Below, one piece after another: positions 29,350 through 39,961 of a stretch of DNA of 64,000 nucleotides. A program made the position numbers and the translations under genes. The stretch spans positions 1,952,001 to 2,016,000 of the forward strand of contig OZ257156.1 in the NCBI GenBank assembly GCA_965279375.1, written 5' to 3'. The stretch is from Gemmatimonas sp. (GTDB lineage Bacteria > Gemmatimonadota > Gemmatimonadetes > Gemmatimonadales > Gemmatimonadaceae). The first letter of the stretch is position 1; every line of letters starts with the position of its first letter. Under the pieces are notes generated by a model. The model was not told the DNA's origin. It saw nothing but the letters and a program-made list of their open reading frames with translations, and made no database searches.

Positions 29350-32025
29350 CGGCGCGCTCGCGTCGTATCGGGAGGTTCCCCGGGCTCCGCTTGGAGCTCG
29401 GGGGCAGGGGAGACTGGCCAGCGTCCGACGGCGCGCAGTTGTGTACGTCGGCAAATGGCATCCGCCACACGACATCCGCATGCTGAAGTGCGCTGCTGGC
29501 GGGATTGCGGTGTGAAGCGTACGATTGGACCGATTCCTCGATTGAACAGTGGGCTGCGCCGATGCCGGTGCGGCCATTGGGTGGGTGCCTAGTACCGCCC
29601 TGCTTCTACCTCCGACCAGCAGCGCGCTGACGCGCGGGATTGCGCATGGCAATGCGAGAGCGCGCTCCGTCATTGGGCATGACTCGGGAAGAGCATGTCA
29701 CGCGACGCGTGATCCAGGAGATGCCCGATCTGGTGGCGTATTGGGACACGGAGCAGCGCTGTCGTTACTCCAACGACGCGCACGGCACGTGGTTTGAGTT
29801 GCGCCCGGAGGAGATGGACGGCAAGTCGATGCGCGAGCTGTTGGGTCCGCACTACGCCCTGAGCGCTCCATACATCGCCGCCGCCTTGCTCGGCGAACCG
29901 CAACAGTACGCGCGACAGTTCCGACTCCCGTCGGGCAAGATCCGTGAGCTGTTGGTCACGTACACTCCCGACGTGGAAGACGGCGTCGTGCGCGGATTCG
30001 TCGCCTACGTGCGTGACGTGAGTGAGGTCAAGCGGCTGCTCGATCGACTGCACGAGGCTGACGCGGCGCTGCGTGCGGCCCAGGCAAAGCAGGCACGCGA
30101 CGAACAGCTGCACATCCTGCTGAACACGATCGGTGTCGGTGTGCTGGTGCAGGGCGCCGAGACCGAGATGCGCATCTGCAATCCGGCAGCGCTCGAAATG
30201 CTGGGGCTCACCGAGGACGAACTGCTGCAGCGCTCCTCGCTGGATGGCAGTTGGCATGTGGTTCGTGAAGACGGTACGCCGTTCGAGCCGGCCGATCATC
30301 CGGTGCCGCAGGCGATCGCCACGAAGACGCCCGTGCTTGGCGTGGTGATGGGCGTGCTTCGTCCACGACGCGGCGACATGGTGTGGCTGCTCGTCGATGC
30401 GGTACCTCGGTTTCACGAACACGGCGAGGTCGCCGATGTGATCTGCACCTTCGTGAACATCACCGCGCGACATCAGGTGGAGCAGGCGCTGGCCGAGTCG
30501 CAGCGTCGCCTGGAGCAGGCGGTGAAGGCGGGACAGATCGGACTGTGGGAATCGGATCTCTCGACGCACAGGATCAGCTACTCCGCGCAGTGGGCGCGCA
30601 ACGTCGGCTGCGAGCCGCAGGAGCTCACGGACTCCCTCGATGAGTGGACATCCCGACTACATCCGGAGGATCGTGAGCGCGTGGTCGGCGAGGTGCGCGC
30701 GTACGTCGCCAGTGAACAGCAGGAGTCGGCGAACGTATTTCGGCTGTTGCACAAGGATGGCCGCTATCGACACATGCTCGGGCGCGGGGTCAAGGTGTTT
30801 GACGCGAGCGGGCGAGCGGTGCGCCTGGTTGGTACGGCTGTGGACATCACCGAGCGCACGGACCTGCTGCAACAGTTGCAGCACGCACAGAAGATGGAGA
30901 GCGTCGGGCGACTGGCCGGCGGGATCGCGCACGACTTCAACAATATTCTCACCGTCATCAATACGGCCGCAGAGCTGGCACTGCAGCGCGATGACGTACC
31001 TCAGTCGCTGCTGGTGGACCTGCAGGACATCCTGAGCGCCGGAGAGCGCGCGGCTTTGCTGACGCGTCAGCTGCTCGCGTTCAGTCGCAAGCAGCTGCTC
31101 TCGCCCGAAAGGCTGTCACTCAACAGCGTGCTGCTCAGCATGGAAAGCATGCTGCGCCGTGTCATCAGCGAAAACATCCGACTCGAGATGGAGATGGGTG
31201 AGTCGATCGGTCGCGTGCTCGCCGATCGCGGGCAGCTCGAGCAGGTCGTCATGAACCTCGTGGTCAATGCGCGTGATGCGATGCCCGAGGGTGGAACGCT
31301 ACGAGTGATGACGTGTCGGGTGCGCCGGGACACCACCGATCTTGGCGACGGCGTGGTCGTGCCGGCCGGCGAGTTCGCGCAGCTGCGCATCAGTGACACC
31401 GGCATCGGCATGGATGAAGCAACGATGCGCATGGTGTTCGAGCCGTTCTTCACCACGAAGGCTCTTGGAGAAGGTACCGGGCTTGGCTTGTCCACCGCGT
31501 ACGGCATCGTGCGTCAGAGCGGCGGCGTGCTCTCGGTGGAGAGTACGCTCGGCGTCGGCACGCGGTTCGAGGTGCTTCTGCCGATTGTCTCCGAAGACGA
31601 CGGCGAGTCCGTCGCATCGCCCAACGAAAGGTTCACGAGGCAAGAGGCGGCGCGCGTGGTATCCGTCGCGGCGGCGGAGCGCGCTGCGCCAGCGGCACGG
31701 ATTCTCGTCGTCGAGGACAATGACGCCGTTCGCGACTTGCTGGCGCGTTGTCTGCGCGACGCGGGCTATCGATTGCTCGTTGCGCCCAGCGGCGAGGAGG
31801 CGCTGCGACTACTTGCCGCAGAGGGCGAGACGGTGGACTTGCTGCTGAGCGATGTGATGATGGCGGGGATGAACGGTCGCGATCTGGCAGCTCAGGTTCA
31901 ACGGACACACCCCGCGACGAAGGTGCTGCTCACGTCGGGGTACATGGATGACGCAATCCTCGGAGCGAGTCGGCTCGACGAGAGCACGCCGTTTGTGAGC
32001 AAGCCATACACGCCCTCGACAATCA

Positions 32026-34894
<2,869 letters not shown>

Positions 34895-34918
34895 CCGCCA
34901 CACGCAGCGGAGCTACAC

Positions 34919-35578
34919 ATGGTTCGCGCGCCCCACGTCAAAATCTGCTGCATCTCCAGCGTAGCCGAAGCCGCGCTGGCCATCGACGCGGGAGCCTCCG
35001 CACTCGGCCTCGTCTCGGCGATGCCCAGCGGACCCGGTGTCATTGATGATGCGCTGATCGCCGAGATTGTGGCGACCGTACCGCTGCCGATCGCGACCTT
35101 CCTGCTCACGTCGCGGCAGAACGCCGCCGACATCGCGGAGCAGCACGCGTCGATCCGATCGAGCACGATTCAGCTGGTGGATCACGTGGCCGAAGACGAA
35201 CTGCGTGCGCTGCGACGACTACTGCCCGGCGTGAAGCTGGTGCAGGTCATCCACGTGACCGACGAGGACTCGGTCGCGGAGGCAGGCGCCGTGGCGCCGT
35301 ATGTGGACGCGATTCTGCTAGACTCGGGGAATCAGAAGCTGGCCGTGAAGGAGCTGGGAGGCACGGGCCGCACGCACGACTGGACGTTGAGCCGACGCAT
35401 CCGCGACACGGCTGGGGTGCCGATCTTCCTGGCGGGCGGGCTGCACGCCCGGAACGTGGCGGATGCGATCGCGACCGTGGCGCCCTTCGGGCTGGACCTC
35501 TGCAGCGGGGTGCGGACCGGCGGCCGCCTGGACCCAGCCAAGCTGGACGGTTTCATGAAGGTCGTGCGCGGCGCTTGA
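34919..35578 (+). CDS. trpF: Phosphoribosylanthranilate isomerase family protein
   Basis: VKICC, LLDS, GGTGRTHDW, LAGGL..NV, DLCSGV. Confidence 0.8.
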   Translation: MVRAPHVKICCISSVAEAALAIDAGASALGLVSAMPSGPGVIDDALIAEIVATVPLPIATFLLTSRQNAADIAEQHASIRSSTIQLVDHVAEDELRALRRLLPGVKLVQVIHVTDEDSVAEAGAVAPYVDAILLDSGNQKLAVKELGGTGRTHDWTLSRRIRDTAGVPIFLAGGLHARNVADAIATVAPFGLDLCSGVRTGGRLDPAKLDGFMKVVRGA

Positions 35579-35625
35579 CATTTCGGGTGAACTGTTGAAA
35601 AATCAACACAGTTGAAATTTCAGCA
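35575..35625 (+). promoter_or_regulatory. blaI promoter with two tandem palindromic operators
   Basis: TTGACA 35575-35580, 17 bp, AAAAAT; operators TGTTGAAAAATCAACA 35593-35608 and AGTTGAAATTTCAGCA 35610-35625. Confidence 0.8.
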
Positions 35626-35670
35626 GGTGAGGCGCCCGCGCCTCACGACCCCAACACGCCGGACGCACCG

Positions 35671-36063
35671 ATGGCCCAGCCGAGCCCCCACGAAGACCTG
35701 TCCCGCCGCGAACGGCAGGTGATGGACATCCTGCACCGGCGTGGCGAGTCCACGGTCGCCGAGATCATGGCTGATCTCCCGGACCCGCCGACCTATTCGG
35801 CGGTTCGGTCGATTCTGCGCATCCTGGCCGAAAAGGAGCGGATCGAGTTCCGCGAGGACGGTCCCCGCTACGTGTACTATCCGGCCGCGCCGACTGAGCG
35901 CGCCCAGGCCGACGTGCTGGAGCATGTTGTCCGCACCTATTTCGCCGGTTCGACGGAGCACGCGGTGACCGCGCTGCTGCGCATGTCCGACGCCGCGCTC
36001 AGCGAGCCGGAGCTCGCGCGACTGCGAGACCGGATCAACGCCGCCCGCCAGACCGGGAGATAG
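35671..36063 (+). CDS. BlaI/MecI/CopY-family repressor
   Basis: LSRRERQVMDIL, TYSAVRSILRIL, YVYYP, FAGS motifs; directly upstream of an M56 peptidase. Confidence 0.93.
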   Translation: MAQPSPHEDLSRRERQVMDILHRRGESTVAEIMADLPDPPTYSAVRSILRILAEKERIEFREDGPRYVYYPAAPTERAQADVLEHVVRTYFAGSTEHAVTALLRMSDAALSEPELARLRDRINAARQTGR

Positions 36064-36068
36064 TCGCC

Positions 36069-38354
36069 ATGCTCGCATTCTCTGCTTCTCCGGCCGCGCT
36101 GCTGTTGGCCAAGGCGACAGTGCTCTTGGTGGTGGCCTTCGCGGCGACGCGCGTGATGTCACGCGTGTCGGCCGTCACGCGGCATACCGTCTGGCTCGTG
36201 TCGATGTCGGCACTGCTGCTCATTCCGGCCATGTACGCCCTGACGCCGCTGCGCCTTCCCATTCTACCGGCGCAGCTGCTCGGACAATTGCCGGAGCAGT
36301 GGCAGAAGCAGAACGCGCCCTCTGCTGTGTCGGCGAATAGCGCACTCCGCGGCGTGAAGAGCGACGTGGCAGTCTCCACACGCGCGCTCGACGCGTCGGG
36401 TGATGCGGGCGTGCTCCGCGAAACACGCGATGCGTCCGGTCAGCTGTTGACGCAGGAGCTGCGTGGCACGGACGAACAGCGCTCGTCGACGACGCCGGGC
36501 ACCGCCGCGCCGACATGGACGTGGTCGCGCGCCGTGACGACGATGCTGGTGATCTGGCTGGTGGTCGCCGCGGCGCTCACACTCTGGTTGTGCGCCGGGC
36601 TGCTGATGGTGCGTCGGATCGTGCGACGCGCGTCATCCGTGGATGACGCGGAGTGGACCGGCGCCCTGTATGAAATGGCAGATCGCATGGGACTCGAACA
36701 CGCGCCGACCGTGCTGCGCAGCGAGGAGATCACGATGCCGTTCGCGTGCGGCTTCCGTCGACCGATGATCGTGCTACCGGCCGAGTCGGCGGCTTGGACG
36801 GCCGATGAGCGCACCGCCGTGTTGTTGCACGAACTTGCGCACATCAAGCGCCGCGACATCGTCGCGCATACGCTGAGCCGCATCACCTGCGCGCTTTACT
36901 GGTTCCATCCGCTCGTTTGGACGGCCGCGCGGCGTCTCCGCGCCGAAAGTGAACAAGCCTGCGACGATCTCGCGCTACTCTCGGGCGCGCGGGCGAGTGA
37001 CTACGCCGAACATCTTCTGGAAATCGTCACGCGCGTAAAGCACCGGCGTACGCCGTCGCTGGCGATGGCGATGGCGACGCGCTCGGAGTTCGAGGGACGC
37101 ATGCTGGCCATTCTGGATCCGGAGCGCCGCCGTCGTGGTCCGTCGCGCATGCAGTCCGCAACGCTCGTGGCATCGCTGTTGATGCTGACCGTCGTGGTGG
37201 GACTGGCCACGCCCGCCGCGTCGCGCGCCGCTGAACCGAAGCAGGCCGCACGCCTGCGTGATTCCTTGAGTCAGGACAGCACGTCGTCGGCTCGCGTTGC
37301 ACGCTCGCCGCGCCCGGCCAGCGGTGCGGACTCGGTCGTGAACGCGCCAGTGTCAGCAGCGTCAGCGGCGCCTGCATCGATGCCCGTGCAACCACCGGAA
37401 CCGGCGGCCAACCCAGTGGCGCCGCGCGGCATCAGCACGCTGATGTCTGATGGACGGGGCAAGGAAGAGCGTGCCTTTGATCGCGCAGAAGTTCGGCAGG
37501 CTGATCGTGAAGCCGAACGGGCCGGCAAGGCGATGGTCTCGGCGCTGCTGTCGGGTGTGAGCGCGATGCTCGATCGCGCGCCGGCGGCTGTTCCCGGCAC
37601 CAAGCGCGACAGCAGCGCCCGTGTAGCGACGCTGTGCACTGTCCTCCGCGCCGATGCCAACGCAGAACTGCGCCGTGTGTCGGCGTGGGGCCTCGAGAGC
37701 TTCATCACCGAGCCCGCCGCGGTTGAGGCGCTTGTGCAGGCGCTTCGCCGAGACTCCGACCCGTCGGTGCGTGAGATGGCGGCGTGGGCACTGTCCTCGG
37801 CCGACCCCAACGCGATCGTGCGGACCGCGCTGATTGCCAGCGCGCGCAGCGAACAGTCGCCGCTCGTGCTTCGCAGCGTCGTCCGCGCACTCGGCGAGCA
37901 GTCTGCGTCCAACGATCAGGGTGTGGTGGACGCGCTCGTCGCCGTGCTGGAGGCGCGAGGCGCCGGCAACGCATCGCTCCGTGAGATAACCGCGTGGGCG
38001 TTTGGGAACGTTGCGCCGGCGCGTGCACCTTCGGCGCTGATCGCACTATTGCGCGATCCCGAGTCGAGCGTGCGCAAGACGACGGCGTGGGCACTGCACG
38101 AGACGGAAGACGCGCAGGCCGTACCGGCGCTGGCCGAAGCCATCCGCGTGGAGTCGAGTCGCGACGTACAGCAGGCGATGGTTAGGGCGCTGGCGTCGAT
38201 GGGCGAGCCGGCCGTCCCCGCACTGACAAAGCTGATCGATGACAAGGACGCGGCAGTTCGCGCTCAGGCCATTCGCGCACTCGCCGGCACCCAGATGGCC
38301 GGCGGCTGGCCGATGCCACGTCCCGAGCCGCGCCCGTTCCCGGACAACAAGTAG
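36069..38354 (+). CDS. BlaR1-like M56 metallopeptidase with C-terminal HEAT repeats
   Basis: TM segments, HELAH, YWFHPLVW, EQACD; Ser/Ala/Pro linker, then VR..AWAL repeats. Confidence 0.93.
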   Translation: MLAFSASPAALLLAKATVLLVVAFAATRVMSRVSAVTRHTVWLVSMSALLLIPAMYALTPLRLPILPAQLLGQLPEQWQKQNAPSAVSANSALRGVKSDVAVSTRALDASGDAGVLRETRDASGQLLTQELRGTDEQRSSTTPGTAAPTWTWSRAVTTMLVIWLVVAAALTLWLCAGLLMVRRIVRRASSVDDAEWTGALYEMADRMGLEHAPTVLRSEEITMPFACGFRRPMIVLPAESAAWTADERTAVLLHELAHIKRRDIVAHTLSRITCALYWFHPLVWTAARRLRAESEQACDDLALLSGARASDYAEHLLEIVTRVKHRRTPSLAMAMATRSEFEGRMLAILDPERRRRGPSRMQSATLVASLLMLTVVVGLATPAASRAAEPKQAARLRDSLSQDSTSSARVARSPRPASGADSVVNAPVSAASAAPASMPVQPPEPAANPVAPRGISTLMSDGRGKEERAFDRAEVRQADREAERAGKAMVSALLSGVSAMLDRAPAAVPGTKRDSSARVATLCTVLRADANAELRRVSAWGLESFITEPAAVEALVQALRRDSDPSVREMAAWALSSADPNAIVRTALIASARSEQSPLVLRSVVRALGEQSASNDQGVVDALVAVLEARGAGNASLREITAWAFGNVAPARAPSALIALLRDPESSVRKTTAWALHETEDAQAVPALAEAIRVESSRDVQQAMVRALASMGEPAVPALTKLIDDKDAAVRAQAIRALAGTQMAGGWPMPRPEPRPFPDNK

Positions 38355-38361
38355 TCGCTTT

Positions 38362-38405
38362 CGCAGGAAACACGCAGGAAACACGCAGGAAACACGCAGG
38401 AAACA
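38362..38405. repeat. Tandem repeat, 4 x CGCAGGAAACA
   Basis: Four perfect 11-bp units plus a degenerate fifth, starting 7 bp after the M56 stop. Confidence 0.95.
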
Positions 38406-38453
38406 CACAGTACACGATCGGACGCATCTCGCGTCCCTTCGTTTGGCTTCGTA

Positions 38454-38469
38454 TGCTGAAATTTCAACA
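38454..38469. promoter_or_regulatory. Third copy of the putative BlaI operator
   Basis: TGCTGAAATTTCAACA; 38454-38468 is the exact reverse complement of 35611-35625; overlaps -10-like TATGCT. Confidence 0.78.
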
Positions 38470-38499
38470 CAGAGGCCCGATGCGGGCCGGAGGTGCGTG

Positions 38500-39927
38500 A
38501 TGACGCGATGGACAACGGTGGTAGCGATGTCGCTCGGGATGGCGTGCTCGAGCGAAGGGTACGCGGGTGAGCGCAGCAGCATGAGCATCCCCGCAGTCAT
38601 CGATGTGGAAGCGGTGAGTGCGGCGACGGATGGACGGCGTGCGCTCGATGTCTCGGCGGTGTTGTCGGCGGCGCGGGGCGTCGCGCCGACAGTTTGCCGC
38701 CTCGCTGCGGAATCGGTCACGAGCAGCGGATGGTATCGCGCCGGTAGCGACGCACCCGTCACGCCACTCTCGAGCAGCGCCGCCGACCTCAGTTCGTCAG
38801 AGGCCAGCACGGAGGACGATGACCGCTCGTCACGAACGCTCGTTTCGGCCGACGTCGATCGACTCCTGACCGAACTGTCCAACGACGATCTCTGTGTGCG
38901 CGAACTGTCGGTGCGCCTGCTCGCCACCGACCGTCGTGAGACGATCGTGCGTGCGCTGGCTGATCGGCTGACCGCACGCGACTCGGTGGTGCGCGCCGTG
39001 GCCGCGTTCGGCGCTGGGTTGATTGCACGGGATGGCGCTGCTGCCGCACTGACCGCCACGTTGCGCGACGCCGCTGCCTCCGTGCGCGCCAACTCCGCGT
39101 GGGCACTCGGCCGCATCGAGGATGGCAAGGCGCTTGGCGGATTGGAGAACGCGCTGCGCGACAAGGAGTCGATGGTACGTAGGGCCGCCGTCGTCGCCCT
39201 CGGGCAGATCGACTCCACACGATCGGTGCAGGCCTTGGAGCGCGTGCTCACGGAGGACGACGTGGCGTCGGTCCGTCGTGTGGCCGCGTGGGCGTTGGGT
39301 GAGATCGGCGCGCGTCAGTCTGCGCCGGCGCTCGCCCGTGCACTGCAGCGCGACAGCGATGCGCGTGTTCGCGAAATGTCGGCGTGGGCGTTGGGCGACA
39401 TGGAAGCCACCGAGGGAATCCAGGCCCTGCAGTCGGCGTTGCAGAATGATGCGTCGACGGCAGTGCGCGAGACGTCGGCGTGGGCGCTGGGCGAGATGGA
39501 GTCGTCGTCTTCCGGCGGTACGCTGGCGGACGCGTTGGCGAGCGACTCCAGCGTTGCCGTGCGGTCGGCGTCTGCGTGGGCGCTTGGGCAGATAGAGTTG
39601 CGTGTGGCCCCCGCCGCGCTCAGTCGTGCGCTCAACGACAACAGCGCCGATGTGCGACTGAGGGCCGCGTGGGCGCTGTCGGAGATCGGTGATGCGTCGG
39701 CCGCGCCGGCTGTCCAGGCTGCACTCGCCAAGGAAACCTCGCGTGATGCGCGCCGAGCATTGCTGCGCGCGCTGGTACGATCAGGTGCGAAGGCGGAGTC
39801 CGTGCTGACCAACCTGCTCACGTCGAGTGACCCGCAAACCCGTGAGTCTGCAGTGCGCGCGTTAGCTGGTCGATCGGGTGTCGATCCGTGGCCCTGGCCG
39901 TGGCCCCGTCCACGACCGTTCCCGTAA
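38500..39927 (+). CDS. HEAT-repeat protein, probable lipoprotein
   Basis: GGAGG RBS; MTRWTTVVAMSLGMAC leader; about 10 repeats of D..A.VR..SAWALG. Confidence 0.88.
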   Translation: MTRWTTVVAMSLGMACSSEGYAGERSSMSIPAVIDVEAVSAATDGRRALDVSAVLSAARGVAPTVCRLAAESVTSSGWYRAGSDAPVTPLSSSAADLSSSEASTEDDDRSSRTLVSADVDRLLTELSNDDLCVRELSVRLLATDRRETIVRALADRLTARDSVVRAVAAFGAGLIARDGAAAALTATLRDAAASVRANSAWALGRIEDGKALGGLENALRDKESMVRRAAVVALGQIDSTRSVQALERVLTEDDVASVRRVAAWALGEIGARQSAPALARALQRDSDARVREMSAWALGDMEATEGIQALQSALQNDASTAVRETSAWALGEMESSSSGGTLADALASDSSVAVRSASAWALGQIELRVAPAALSRALNDNSADVRLRAAWALSEIGDASAAPAVQAALAKETSRDARRALLRALVRSGAKAESVLTNLLTSSDPQTRESAVRALAGRSGVDPWPWPWPRPRPFP

Positions 39928-39961
39928 TCGTGTCTGAACTCACTGCGAACAGAGGCGAGAC

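Noticed and set aside
38362..38405. Possible CRISPR array
   Set aside because: The units are contiguous 11-mers with no spacers, and there are no cas genes.
39000..39700. Recurring GCGTGGGCG(T/C)TGGG DNA motifs
   Set aside because: Fully explained by the AWALG codons of the HEAT repeats.
36069..39927. HEAT repeats as phycobilin lyases linked to LPOR, or the module as beta-lactam resistance
   Set aside because: The repeats are on exported proteins and no phycobiliprotein genes are present; there is no penicillin-binding sensor domain or adjacent beta-lactamase.
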